Assembly (NCBI RefSeq): GCF_947568905.1
Contig: NC_079168.1
Span: 14,012,001-14,076,000 of the forward strand
Direction: 5' to 3'
Source of the DNA: Ostrea edulis
Lineage: Eukaryota
DNA: 64,000 bases
The translations under genes and the position numbers were made by a program. Shown here piece after piece: positions 1 to 13,401 of the stretch. The notes under the pieces were generated by a model. That model was not told where the DNA came from. It ran no database searches and saw only the letters and a list, made by a program, of their open reading frames with translations. The first letter of the stretch is position 1; each line of letters opens with the position of its first letter.

Positions 1-706
1 ACTGTCTGTCAGTCGAGCAGGGATATGGGCAGGTATACCACTAGATGAAAGCTAACGCGCTTCATGAAAAGTAGGCCGCGTTGTGAAGCGTAACAACTCA
101 TCCCTCATGTATTTATCTTATATTTACATTCTGCTCCATTTCTGTAGGAATTCCACGCTGTTAAAATACACGTACTATATTCATCAAGAGTTGTACGCAA
201 ATTATTCACAAATGCATCGTATTCATGTGGAAATGGCTAATATTACAATCAAGGCAAAACTATACAGCTGAAATTCAGTATATAAACTGTATATTGTCCA
301 GAGTGTAGTGCACTTTCTCACATACAAAAGAACTATGTTAACAAACGCTATTTTACAAGACAATTTTTTTTTTATTTTCAGATCTTATGTCAAAACCAAA
401 TTTGAAGTCACGGAAAAAAGCAATGTACAAATGTTTATGATAAAGATGTATGATTTAGCCTGTCCACCATGATTTTAATGATCTTTTTTTTTTTAAACTT
501 TCATACTATGATCTTGCATAACTTGTATCTCCGAGAAAAAATATGTGATTGTCCTCGTGTACAAAATGTTATGAATGGTTTTGAGAGAACAGCATTTAAA
601 GAATAAATATGGAGTTTTATGACCAATTGAAAGGTCCATGCTTATGATCGAGAACACCGGAATTTGAAACATTTGAGGTTTATTACTGACAAAACACTGG
701 CACATG

Positions 707-938
707 TAAGTGTGTAATATTTAGATATCTCGGTGCACCGGTAAACACTGGTAAGTTATCTCAGTGCACCGGTAAACACTGGTAAGTGTGTAATATTTAG
801 ATATCTCAGTGTACCGGTAAACACTGGTAAGTGTGTAATATTTAGATATATCGGTGCACCGGTAAACACTGGTAAGTTATCTCAGTGCACCGGTAAACAC
901 TGGTAAGTGTGTAATATTTAGATATCTCAGTGTACCGG
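707..938 (+). repeat. Composite tandem array of related 45-bp and 31-bp units (order A-B-A-A-B-A)
   Basis: A = gtaagtgtgtaatatttagatatctcggtgcaccggtaaacactg; B = gtaagttatctcagtgcaccggtaaacactg; read directly from the sequence. Confidence 0.85.
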
Positions 939-1425
939 TTGTAGTCACGGTATGCCAGATAGCACGATGCAGAGCCCTCATTTTTGAAATGCAGACTTAT
1001 ACCCTGTGCTCATAACTGTAGCAGGCGTCTTTATCGCGTCAACGTCTTTCGCAACTCGTGACCTTGACATTCACCCCTAAAGGCTGGTGCTTGGCGAAGG
1101 TACATATGTAGAGCGGCGTTGGGATCGATAATCGAACCAGGGACAGGTTCTAGAAAATAAATCAGCGTGTAACTGTTTTAAAGTGCATTGTTTCATTGGT
1201 TTAAGTTATAATTATTTACAATACTTTCTTTCGTTTGCATAAAAGTTATTGTACAGAGGGGTGCAATCTGTACAATAAATTTTATACAAACGAAAAAAAA
1301 GCATTCTCTCACAAGAGGGCGCGTTACCCAAGCTTCACTTACAGTGCGAATAGCGCACGGAACTCTGGGTAGAAAATGGTAACAAAGTACCGATTACCAT
1401 GTAAAACTTATACGGTACCAATTTT

Positions 1426-1473
1426 GATGCACTAGATGCGCATTTCGACAAATAATGTCTCTTCAGTGATATC
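1426..1473 (-). ncRNA. Type I hammerhead ribozyme motif, stem I degenerate
   Basis: Minus strand: GATATCA-CTGAAGA-GACA(TTATT)TGTC-GAAA-TGCGCA-TC-TAGTGCATC. Core, 4-bp stem II and palindromic stem III (ATGCGCAT) are intact; stem I has two mismatches. Confidence 0.65.
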
Positions 1474-1904
1474 CAAGCTGAAATATTGAAAATCCGAAAT
1501 AACAATAAACTTGTAAGAACTAAAAAAAAATCTGTGCCAAAGATTGGAGTCAAATTCGTCAGGATCAGAGCTATGCATGAGGGAGATAATCCTTAATTTT
1601 GAAGTAATGTCTTGTGTCATGAATATTCATAACATCAATGTAAAAATTGCACGTGGTGTGACGTCATAAGTTTGAGGTTGACACAAGTAAGAATCTATAC
1701 ATACGACGTGGAGAAAGGTGACACTGGCTGACTTTTTAGAGTTTCAAAATTATTTGGATGACATTGGTTATCTCATATATACCTGGTAATGGATAATGAA
1801 AAAAAGAAGCGAGGATTAGGGATTGGGCACAATAAGTATTTCACAAACTTTAGATACATACAACACGTGCTTTTGCAGTTGAGAATCATTACCATCGATG
1901 TGTG

Positions 1905-2140
1905 AGTGGCGGATTGGGATCCCCCTCCCCCTTTTCGGCCACTAATTCACAAGGCATTACATGGTTAAAAACATTCAAACCCAGCACAGAACATAAGTTG
2001 CCCTATGTCCCCCATGGGACGAAGTGGATTAAGAAACAAAACATATTGAAATCAGAGATAATGCGAGTAAACTCCAGATGGCTGAGTATTTTGGCTAATA
2101 CGTCCCCCTCCTTTTTTCCGGAAATCCTGGATCAGCCACT
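1905..2140. mobile_element. Small MITE relic with GTGGCGGAT...GATCAGCCAC imperfect terminal inverted repeats
   Basis: Left end gtggcggattgggatcc, right end aatcctggatcagccactg; related ends at about 19625 and 34466. Confidence 0.4.
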
Positions 2141-2393
2141 GTGTTCATGTACATATGTATGTTAATTGAAAACTTTTATATGTTGCATTTATTATGTTTT
2201 CATCATTGATTGATGTTACAAAATTGGTGTTTTCTGTGTTCATAGTTTGGCGGTTGGAGTACTTTCTGATTTAAAGTATGACTAAGAAAAAGGAAAAAGT
2301 ATCGCAACATGACACAAGAATTATAAAACAAAACAAATCACCATTGTGAAGGATTTTATCAAAGTCACAAATGTTTCTTTGTTTTGGTTTGTA

Positions 2394-3700
2394 TTTTTAT
2401 GCCCCCCTTTGAAAAAGAGGGGGCATATTGTTTTGCAACTGTCGGTCGCTCGGTCTGTCTGTCGGTCGGTCTGTAAACCATGTGTTGGCTGCTTAATATC
2501 TTGAGAACCATTCACTTGATGATAATGATATTTCATATGTGGGTTGGTTATAAGTAGAAGAGGACCCCTAGTGTTTTGCAGGTCCAAAGGTCAAGGGTTA
2601 ATCTACTCTGGACATAGGAATATAATGTCTGCTCAATATCTTGAGAACCCTTTGCTTGAAAAACATCAAACTTATCACACTGGTACATCCTAAGGAGTAG
2701 ATGACCCCTATTGATTTTGAGGTCATATGGTCAAAGGTCAAGGGTCAAACTGGACATAGGAATATACTGACCATTCAATGTCTAGAGAACCCTTTGCTTG
2801 ACAGACATCAAACTTGGCACACCAGTACATCTTCAGAAGAAAATGACCCCTATTGATTTTGAGGTCACGTGGTCAAGGGTCAAACTGAACATAAGAATAT
2901 AATGGCCGCTCAATATCTTGAGAACCCTTTGCTTGACAGACATCAAACTTAGTACACTGGTATATCTTCAGGAGAAGATGACTCCTATTGATTTTGAGGT
3001 CGCATGATCAAAGGTCAAGGGTCAAACTGGACATTGGAATATACTGTCTGCTCAATATATTGAGAACCCTTTGCTTGACAGACATCAAACTTGGTACACT
3101 GGTACGTATTCATCAGAAGATGACACCTATTGATTTTGAAGTCACATGGTCAAAGGTCAAGGGTCAACCTGGACATTGGAATATACTGTCCGCTCAATAT
3201 CTTGAGAACCCTTTGCTTGACAGACATCAAACTTAGTACAGTGGTGTATATTCAGGAGGAGATGACTCCTATTGATTTTGAGGTCACATGATCAAGGGTC
3301 AAACTGAACATAGTTATATACTGTCCACTCAATATCTTGATAACCCTTTTGCTTGACAGACATCAAACTTAGTACACTGGTACATCTTCAGGAGAAGATG
3401 ACCCATATTGATTTTGAGGTCAAAAGTCAATTGTTGAACTGGACATAGTAATATGCTGTCTCCTATATTTTAAGAATTATTTGCTTGATTGATACCAAAC
3501 TTGGTACACTGGTACAGCATAAGGAGTAGATGACCCCTATTGATATTTAGGTCACATGGTCAATTCACTCTTGACATAGGAAGATATTGCCTGCTCAATA
3601 TTTTGAATTGATGATACTACTATCAATTAAATGTGTATGTATAACCCTTTTCCATTTTGCACCATGGGGGGCATATGTGTTTTACAAACATCTCTTGTTT
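2394..3700 (+). mobile_element. Non-autonomous CvA/Pearl (Helentron/DINE-1-like) element with an internal array of about 7 x 140-bp repeats
   Basis: Starts ttttatgcccccc...gggggcatattg, then a GTCG/GTCT microsatellite, core repeats (ttgagaaccctttgcttgacagacatcaaac at about 2641, 2919, 3061, 3202, 3338), and ends ggggggcatatgtgttttacaaacatctcttgtt. This matches the known architecture of bivalve Pearl/CvA-type elements. Confidence 0.7.
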
Positions 3701-5464
3701 AGAATAAATATAGAGTTGTGATTTATGCCTTAGAATTAAATTTTTCATTTGTCTAAGAGTACATCCATTTTTGGATTGGAATGTTATCAATGTTGGGTTA
3801 TTTCAAGAAGAAAACTGAAATTCCTCCTTCAGTTGAAAAAACACATTTGATATTTCCCTATGGGAAATACAATTTTCGATAATTTCATGAATATATTCAT
3901 TCGTAATGAAGTAAAGGTGTCACACGACAACTCAAGTCAAACACCGTGTTTAAATCAATCCATGTGAAACTTCTGACACATCTGTGTTTATTAATCTTCA
4001 AAAAAAGAAAGCGAAATTTATTTATTCGATGTGAATTACATCATACATATCACTCAGACAGTTTTACTTATACAATAATAATTTAAAGATTTATTGTTTT
4101 ATAATACAGGAATATTAATACTTCGTTTCCCTCTGGAAATATGTGTACGTTTGTTAACTTAACAACAGTTTTAAATCACCACAGCATGCGTCTTAGGGGG
4201 TTAGTATGACGAATATTTTCTCTCTATACACTTCTAAATAATATCATTCTCAGATCTAATGCATCTTCTTTTTGTATTGTTTTTCTTTCCATTCAATAAT
4301 TTCTTCGTTCTTTCCTGTCTTACACAATGCTTTTTATGAAAAGTTTAATTTTAGTACACCAATTCATTCACCTGAATGTGCTAAATGTAACGCTATGAAC
4401 TGTAATACTACGGACTGTTAAATAATTCAAAAGTTAGAAAAAATTATATTAATATCCACACTCAAATGATGAATTTAGATGACAGCGGAGTTTATTTTTG
4501 TTCGTCTAATGCCAAATGGAATTTTGGTCTGGAATATGATCGATTTATGTCATTTCTAGAAGTAAACAATTGGAATTCGGGTTTGGGTTTTTTTTCGTCG
4601 GAAAATATCTTTGATATTCCCCTATGGGAAGTACATTTTTACATGTTTCATTAATTCTTATTGACGTGAAGGTGTTCATGTACAGTGTATATATTTCATC
4701 AGGAGAGAGGAGTAATATACATATTTTAATACTTATGTATAAGAAAATATCGACGAATTCGAACCATTCATAAACAGCAAAAGATGGCACTCCTTTATGA
4801 ACATAAAACTCCACCTGCGAAAATCAAATACCCTCCAATATGTCATTTCTTAAACCACGAATATTTGATCCCACGGAATTATGTGATTTTAAAGTTATCT
4901 TTCATGCACAATGTTAGGAACAGTTACACAATCCGACAGGGTAGCTGCCGCTGATATCGATAATTATTCCGGAAAAGGAAATGATCTGGAGGTCAGTATA
5001 AGACAAGTAAAACAATAAGTCCATTTTACCCAGTGTTTTATTACAGTTGATATCGATGTTACAAACTATGACAAGATTCCGTTAGATCTGATGTTCAGAT
5101 AAACCTATCATTTCTTTGTGTATTATCCAATCCATTGCTAACTGTTACTAAATATATGAATATGACAAAACAGAATAAAGTGAACTTAACAAATAAACAA
5201 TTGATTTCAAGCCTGTTCCTACTCAATCTGATTAAAATTGCTGTGTAGCGACATAACAATAACGGAGCGGATCAAAGATCTTATTTTAATCAGATTGGTT
5301 TCTACTGGCATTCTTTCAATAACTAGTCCACGTTCCATCATGCAATGCAATTGTACAGCAGTAATTTGAAATATGAACGACCTTAAAAATCCCCTTTAAT
5401 ATATAGGCATTTCTCCGGAACGTATGTTGTGCGGGTATCGGTTTCGGCTATGTAAAACATTTCA

Positions 5465-6012
5465 ATATTACACAAATCGTGATTTATATGGGTAAAACTT
5501 GATTTATATTCGATAATCGTGATATTTATATGCAAAAATCTTTATGTATATTCGATACTCTTATTATTTTCATTCGATGATTTACGCATATTTATATCAA
5601 GATTATCGCAGATAAATTAAGATTTTCGGACGTAAATACCAAGATTATCGAATAAAAATCAAGTATTATATGAATTAATTTTTATTTATATTCGACAATC
5701 ATAATATATATGTGAAAAGTTTGATTTATATTCGATAATCTTCATATTTACATTTGATAAATTTTGATTTATATTCAATAAATATTTATATTCGATAATT
5801 TTCGCATACAAATATCAAGATTATCGAAATACAAAGCAATATTTACGCCTATAAACATCAAGAGTATCGAATATAAATCTAGATTTACGCATATAAGCAT
5901 TAAGATTATCGAATGTACATTAAATTGTTCGCATATAAACATCAAGATTATCGAATATAAATCAAGATTTTCGCATATGAATGATAAGACTGTAGAAGAC
6001 AAATCAAGATTA
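5465..6012. repeat. Degenerate approximately 22-bp repeat array that inverts mid-way (MITE-like)
   Basis: gatttatattcgataatc units up to about 5800, then the reverse complement gattatcgaatataaatc up to about 6010. Confidence 0.55.
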
Positions 6013-6421
6013 GTATAATGTTGCAACGTTTCACACGCCATATTCGGCCTATTGAAAGCTTCTTTTTTTTTTTTAATTAATTGAGCTTTTCCATTCTATT
6101 TCATACGATGGTGATTTGGTCCCCTTTCATGCTTACAAACACAAGCTTCTTTTGGGTGTCACCAAAGTTAGTACATGTTTTAATATCAATGTGTTAAAAG
6201 GATATTTCTCTTTTACTTAAGATACCAAGGTAATGACATATCCATGTATAATTACTTTGAAAACAACGAGAGCATGGTGTTGTTAAGATTCATTATTTTG
6301 GTTTGAGAATTTACTTCACATCATGCGACAAGGATTTGCTTATAGTGTTTAGTTTTTTGTACACTCACCCTCTTCAAATTTCCCCAATATGTTAAAAAAA
6401 AAAAGGCCCTTCCGGACCCAA

Positions 6422-6831
6422 TCACAATGTAGTGTAGTGATACAGGCCAAGCAATGCAAAAGTCATTGATGTTAATAAAACAATCAACATGTACACAAGA
6501 AATAAAAATTTGTCAAGAAGTTTGGAAAAATCTTGGAATGTCATTTCTTTCGTTGATTCTGTCTCCGATTCGTCAAGGCCTATCTGCGAGATCCCGACTT
6601 TCGGTGGCAGTTTGTTTGTTTCTTCCTGGAATGGTATTACGGTGTCATTGTGCTGTTTCTTTTTGCAACAGCAGGAGCAACCTCCATCGCATGTTGCAAC
6701 AGCCATGAAGTGACCAATCCGAGCCAGCCGTGCAGAGACGACACGATCACCATGGTGATACGTGGCGATCACTAGTATCACGAAGGCAACAGAAATGACA
6801 CTCAGAGCCAGAACGATGAGTAGAAACACAG
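6422..6831 (-). CDS. nAChR-like Cys-loop receptor subunit, last exon (M3, short cytoplasmic loop, M4, stop)
   Basis: Acceptor ttttag at 6832-6833, phase-1 join; TVFLLIVLALSVISVAFVILVIATYHHGD...FSKLLDKFLFLVYMLIVLLTSMTFALLGLYHYTTL*. Confidence 0.9.
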
Positions 6832-7729
6832 CTAAAAACGAAAAATGCAGAAAATGAAATTAATCTTTTATATTTGTATTCATTTGGTTTTTCTCTTAAC
6901 ATTTTTACTAACGGATACTGAAGGTTAATAAAGAAATATATTTTCCCCTTTTTGTACAATACATGAAAGCATGAACTGCTACGTGATTATCTCCCCTTTG
7001 AAAGGGGTATGGTCCTTCATTTGAAGAAACTTGAATTCCCTTCACCAATGGATGATTTGTACCAAGTTTGGTTGAATTTGACCCAGTGGTTCTGGAGAAG
7101 ATGAAAATATGTAAATTTTACGGACAAACAAAAGGTGATCAGAATAGCTCAGGTGAGCTAATAAAGGAAACACAAATATAGAAAAGTTTAATTCTAGTAA
7201 ACCTATTATTAATTAGTATTTATAAAGTATAGGGGTTAATACACTTGATTTCATTAAAAAGCTGGTAGAAGAACTAGTTTCTGACTGATAATTTCCTTTT
7301 CGATCAAATGTCTACTTGATATTTAATATTAGATAACGATTACAGTTTCATAACCTATAAGGCATTTCTGCATTAAATTTTTCTATGGAAGAATAGGACA
7401 TTTACTCTTTTTTATTATTATTTGGAAATTTTATGTTTTGACATATATTACGAAATAATTTGATTTGATCACATTCATAATTCAAATAGTGATGTAAGTT
7501 CAATATGTGTCATTAACAGTTACATATATGAACATCAAGCGTAGAGCTGGATCGCAGGTTGTGGTCAATTCAAGTAGGTTATGCTCAACTCTATGTATCG
7601 ATGTACATTTTTGGCTGAGGAATTGGATATAATGACGGATTTTCTGGCCAACCGCGAAAATCACGTCACAAACAAGTTGATTTTACTATGGCACGTTATT
7701 TATATTTCTTCGTCTATAAAGATATCTTG

Positions 7730-8990
7730 TATAATTTATGAGATATCTTCTATTTCTCATAAGATTTATAATAAATTTTATAAGATATTTCATATAATTC
7801 ACAGTTTATGAGATATCTCATAAAATATATATGATATCTTATAAACTATATAAGATATCTCATAAACTCCGTAAGATATCTACATATTTTCTAAAAACAA
7901 GATATCTTATAAAGCTTATAAAATATCTCATAAAATAGATATCTAATAAATTTAGTTTTATAAGATATCTTATAAAACATATATATCTTATATATCATAT
8001 ACGATATCTCATAAACTTTATAAGATATCTTGTAACTTTTATAAGATATCTCATAAAAGAATTTTTATGAAATACCTCATAAGCTTTATAAGATACCTTA
8101 TCACTTTCATAAGATATCTTATAAAAGAAAGTTTATAAGATATCTTACATATTTTATAAGATATCTCATATATTCTATAAGATATTTCAAGTAATTTACA
8201 GTTTATAAGATACCTCATAAAATATATAAGACATCTTATAAACTATATAACATATCTCATAAACTCTATAAGATATCTTGTATATTAAACAAGATATCTC
8301 ATAAAGTTTATGAGATATCTTGTAGAACATATTAGATATCTTATAAACTCTCTTTTATAAGACATCTTATAAAACTCATTTATGAGCATCTTCACAAGTC
8401 AAGGGTTATTGAATATTGATTCGTTACCTCCCACTAACCCTTGACATCAGTGACTATCAAACAGTTGGGCTCGTTCTGATTGTTTCCACAAAAGAGTGGG
8501 AACCAATGAGAATGAGGTTCTATTTACAACAATGCGAAGCGAGAGATTCAAATAAAAACAATATTGTCTTAAAAGCAAAAAGGCTTCCAAACTTCATCTA
8601 CTATCAATAAACGTAATTAGTGGTGTAAATATTACAAATGCAAGTGTTTATCAAAACAGCACTTATGAGATTGCGTCATTTGTATCCATGTACACATTAA
8701 CAAGATGCTGTGATTTCATTGGATGGTTTATTTATAGTGGATTGTGTAATGGTCTAATGAGCCCCACTTTTATATAGCGACTGATTTCAAGGGTTAGTGC
8801 GAGGTAATGAATCAATAACCCTTGAATTGTGAATATGATTTATGAAATATCGTATAAAACATACAAGATATCTTATACGTTTTATAAGATACATTGTATC
8901 TCATAAACTTGAGAAAATATCGTATAAAGGATATAAGATATCTTGTAAAAATTTATGAGATATCTTTAAAGAGGAATAATGTAAAAATGA
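7730..8990. repeat. Degenerate AT-rich taagatatctcataaa-type short-period array, interrupted by a MITE
   Basis: Many aagatatct(t/c)ata motifs on both sides of 8391-8833. Confidence 0.65.
8391..8833. mobile_element. MITE with approximately 55-bp imperfect TIRs
   Basis: ttcacaagtcaagggttattgaatattgattcgttacctcccactaacccttgacatcag (8391-8450) is the inverted counterpart of ctgatttcaagggttagtgcgaggtaatgaatcaataacccttgaattgtgaa (8781-8833). Confidence 0.7.
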
Positions 8991-9009
8991 CGTGCCATAT
9001 GTTACAGGG

Positions 9010-9342
9010 GTTTCGACAGTCTCGTTTTAAAGTAAGCATATCGCAAATTTTATGGTCGTTATAATGATCTAGTTTGCCAATACAACCTATCATTGGGTCA
9101 AATGCTGTCTGTTTCATACCGATTGTTAGGCTGTTCTTGGCACACTGATTTTGACTACGGATTACTCCGTTTACCTGATCAAGATATAGGGTGTGACCGG
9201 TCTACAGGGGAATGCCTACTCATCCTAGGTACCTAAGCCTACATTTGGTATATCCAGTGGTCTGTGTTTGCCCAACTATCTATTTTGTATTCCTTATAGG
9301 AGTTATGAGATTGATCACTGTTCTTTATTTTCACCTTTCATT
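9010..9342 (+). mobile_element. 3' end of a dispersed retroelement family, probably Penelope-like; further copies at 9393-9543 (-), 13109-13266 (-), 29323-29580 (-)
   Basis: Relic frame AYRKFYGRYNDLVCQYN followed by the shared 3' block gggtgtgaccggtc...cctagg...gtttgccc...ttatgagattgatcactgttc; four copies are visible in the window. Confidence 0.55.
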
Positions 9343-9942
9343 CATTAAATTTATAGGCCTAGTTATCAATTTTTATTTTATTTTTAAATAAAAAAGTGAA
9401 AATAACGAACAGTGATTAATATCACAATTCCTATAAAAAATATAAACTTAAGAGTAGGGCAAACAGGGACCCTTGTTCACATCAGAGGTGGGATCAGGTG
9501 CGTGGGAGTACGAAAACATCCCCTGTCGACCGGTCACATCCGCTGCCAGATAAGATAAGTGGTAAGTTATATTATATCTAGGACAAAACAAATCAAACTA
9601 AAGCGAGACGACCAAAAGGGGACTTGAATGAATGAATGTTTAGACGACATGACGACACGAAGGACTCCGAAACAATGCAATAATGGTATTCAAGGTCGAA
9701 AGTCAAGGTCGCAATAAAGTAAGGCAAATCGTACGCTTAATTAGAACAAGCAAATCAAACTAAGGCGAGTCAACTAATAAATCTCACAGGCTCAAATTCA
9801 ACAATAATGAAGCTAAAAATTACTTGAAATATGCGAAAACTTTGCTAACCTAAATTTACTAAGGACACTAGCTACTACTGAATAATATTCCTTATTACTA
9901 AAGTAATCATTACATATTACTAAGGTAACCATAACGACTTAC

Positions 9943-10478
9943 TGAGGTAACAAACGGTGACTGATGTACTGGGAATATTGTCCGAAATCAGCGACAGGTA
10001 AACAGCATAAGCCAGCAATACTGTGAGAGAGTATCCGATTTTCTCCCCGGAATCCACCGGGAGTTTATATACCATTGGAATAAGAAAAGCCATCAGAATC
10101 ACTGGAACAATGGTGTTTAAAGCGTGAAACATAGGTCTTCTTTGCAATGTTATGCTGAATGTGAGACTTGAAAAAGTTTGGCCTCCACGGGCTTGCTCCT
10201 TCGATTTCTCTCCCTTCGCGTCTACAAGTAGCCATTCTCCGTTTTCACTGTAGAATGTCATATCAATTGGATTGGCATCAAAATTGAGGTAGATCTCATT
10301 GCTTGTGTATCCCCACGTGCTGACCTTTACTGAACATGTCTGCTCGTCGAGGGGGTAGTAGGTAATGTCAGAGCTGCAGGCCACGAGGTATATTCCCGCG
10401 GGATTCCACGTGATGCGGCCACCGCTAGCTATCCTCATTGGTATATTTTTATCGCTGATGACAGAAATATCATCGACC
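9943..10478 (-). CDS. nAChR-like subunit exon (Cys-loop, loops B/C, M1, M2)
   Basis: ttag acceptor at 10479-80 and gtaagt donor at 9942; [15 protein letters not shown] 13-residue Cys-loop, STWGY, LQRRP pre-M1, M2 [23 protein letters not shown]. Confidence 0.95.
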
Positions 10479-10719
10479 CTAAGAAATACAAGTTTCTAGA
10501 TATAGCAGGTGATGACCCTTCCTTATATATCAAATACTATTAGTCTCTTTTTCGTATTATCCTTTATTACGATACATTGTTTATAAAATACTAATAGACA
10601 GAAATATGGGGTTTTTTTTAAAACTAGATGATGTCATTAATGCACTCTGTAAATTTTTGTCTTGAATATGGAGCACCAAATTAACATAAACTCAAATAAT
10701 GGAAGATATCTTTATTTGA

Positions 10720-11110
10720 AGATATCCTCAATTCATTTGATGCGCGCAACAATTCAATTAAAGATTTCTTCAAATAATCAACGCTATCCTCAATTCTGAA
10801 TTATTTCGCAAATTGAATTGTTTATAGCATTAATAATTCTGCTTAATGAAAGCACACAATAATTGAATTTTTGCTTTCTTCAAATAAACCAATGATATCA
10901 ACCATTTGCATGCTATAACTCAAAATAAGAGAAATTCAGTTAATACGCACAATAATTGAATTATTGCTTTTTTTTTCAATTGAATGAGTGCGCGGATCGA
11001 TTCAATTAATGTGCGTATCAATTCAATCCAATTAATACGCGCATCAATTTAATTCAATTATTGCGCGTAATAACTCCAGTTGAATTAATGATATCATTAC
11101 TTCAATAGAT
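10720..11110. repeat. Degenerate atgcgcgcatcaattcaatt repeat-family relic (related block at about 12170-12420)
   Basis: Recurrent tgcgcg/aattcaatt/aattgaatt motifs in both orientations. Confidence 0.4.
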
Positions 11111-12707
11111 GCGCACAATATTTTTAGAGCGAGCAGATATTCAAAGCAATATTAGCTGTCATTTGGTGTTGAAAATTTTTTGTTGTAAAATTGTGACTTA
11201 CTATTTCAATGACAGAAAAAATGTTTGTAAACTTTTGATATTAATATATTTGTTAGAAAACCTATTCAGAGGGTCTACATGAAGCAAAATTACATATAAC
11301 GTTACATTATTGTCTTCCCGAACAAAAACTGATATCTACGTAATGCTATATATCTGATAGAACCAAAATCTTTCTTCGTTTTCTTAGATATATAGATCGA
11401 ACTTACTTGGCATGTAAAATCATTGAAATGGCCCACTATATGCTTGTAATAATAGTGGAAAAGCTACGTAAAAAGTGAGAGGCCATTCAACAGAAAGATT
11501 GTATTAGATAAGGATTTGATAAACATGTAATTATGTAATGTCCCGTTCACTGTCCGCAGCAGAGACATTTACTAACATAATTTATATGTCCCTGACCACA
11601 GTGAAACCATAGCAAGTTAATAATGAACATGCGTTTGTTGCACATGTAATTTCTGGCATATCTAATTGTGTCTTAGTCGTCGAAAATATTGATTAAAATT
11701 AATATTGACGAATTGAAAATATGCTAAAGATCCCGATCTAAATAAGTTGAGGACTAATATTTACAGAGTTGTTACATCATGACCCAACACTGCATGCAAA
11801 AACAAATCAATGCACAAGGGACACATACTGTGAATTCCTAAATATATGCGAGGAATTTACTATCGCGTAATTTCGCGAGAAACATCACTCGCGAAAAAAT
11901 ATTTCTCGCTTTTATTTTTATATTTCTAAAATACATGCAAAACCACTTGATCAACAGTCATATTATTTTTCATTAATTACACTTCATTCTAAGAAAAATT
12001 CCTAAACAGACAATTAATTACAATCGGAGATAGTAAATTCTCTATATTCCTTATAACGACGCAATCGCTTGAGGGCCCCAATGTATTGTGCGCCCCCTGT
12101 ATTCAGGAGGAAATAACCCGCGCTGCGTTGTGAAAAATGTATCCTATATAATGATCTCTTTATATGAATTATTACTCTTTTTATTGATGCATGCATTAAT
12201 TCTTTTTACAAAGCCGTTGTAAATGATTAAAGATATCTAAATTGAATTAAAGAGATCATCAAATTATTTATACCGAGCTCTAAATTAATTTTCTACAACA
12301 ATGATGCGCGCGTCAATTCAATAGATGAAATTGATATAATTCCATTAATCCCATTAATTGAATTATTGATATCATCAAATGATTGATGATATCTTCAATT
12401 ATTTGGGGAAATGTTAATATGGCGCAAATACTTCAACTGTTATGAAAGGTTATTTAAAGTTATCAATATTACTTAAAGCTAACCTGCACAAATGTTTGTA
12501 TCCTCTATTTTCAAATGAATGATCATGCTAATTTTTGCGAGCAGGTATCTAGTACCGGTATATTCTGTTATGATGAAACGTGTATGATACTTTTTGGATG
12601 ACATTCAATCAGAATAGCTTTAGATAATACAATATTGGCCTATATATTCCGTAGTTTTATCGATTAACATTGTACAGTATGCAGGTCTACAGATGTCGGA
12701 AACTTAC

Positions 12708-12832
12708 GAGTTCTCTATGATGATGGCCGGACGCCATACATAACTCTCGGTGCTGAACAGAAATCGGATGTTGGAGTAGTCTTGGGATGTGGCCGACGTG
12801 TTACTCCACGACAGCCTGCTATCGGTCCATTC
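12708..12832 (-). CDS. nAChR-like subunit exon (WxDxxLxW to loop A)
   Basis: tttcag|[42 protein letters not shown]|gtaagt; 125 nt, phases fit both neighbouring exons. Confidence 0.9.
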
Positions 12833-13401
12833 CTGAAATACAGCGTGGGATATCCTGTGTCGATTAGAATACTCAACAAGTTACTATCAGTTACAATAGC
12901 TAGCCACAGTATCAAGTACTAGAGTGTCCATCAGATTTCAGATCCCAAGATAAAATTCAATTTTCTACTCCTAAAGTTTCCCTGATGTTAATGTAGACTG
13001 ATTTCTCTTTGGTCTTGTTTTTCTTTCGGGGGGGGGGGGTGCAGTTGGAATATTTGGGAAAATGTTTGCAAGTGTGAAATGTAATCTGATATCCCTACAA
13101 CATGCAAAGTGAAGATAACGAACAGTGATCAATCTCATAACTCCTACAAGCAATACAAAATAGATAGTTGGGCAAACACGGACCCCTGGACACACCAGAG
13201 GTGGGATCAGGTGCCTAGGAGGAGTAAGCATCCCCTGTTGACCGGTCACACCCGCCGTGAGCCCCATATCCTGATCATGTATCGTTACAACGCTTTCCTT
13301 GTGAGGTTTTTCAGTGATTTTATGTGTAATTCATTATAAAGGACGATATGAAAAGACCACAAAATGTCATAAAGATAAACATGTTTCAAAATCTGGGGAA
13401 A

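Noticed and set aside
10450-10478. CTGATGA-CA-GAAA on the plus strand resembling a hammerhead core
   Set aside because: No stem I can form, and it is the antisense of nAChR coding sequence; coincidental.
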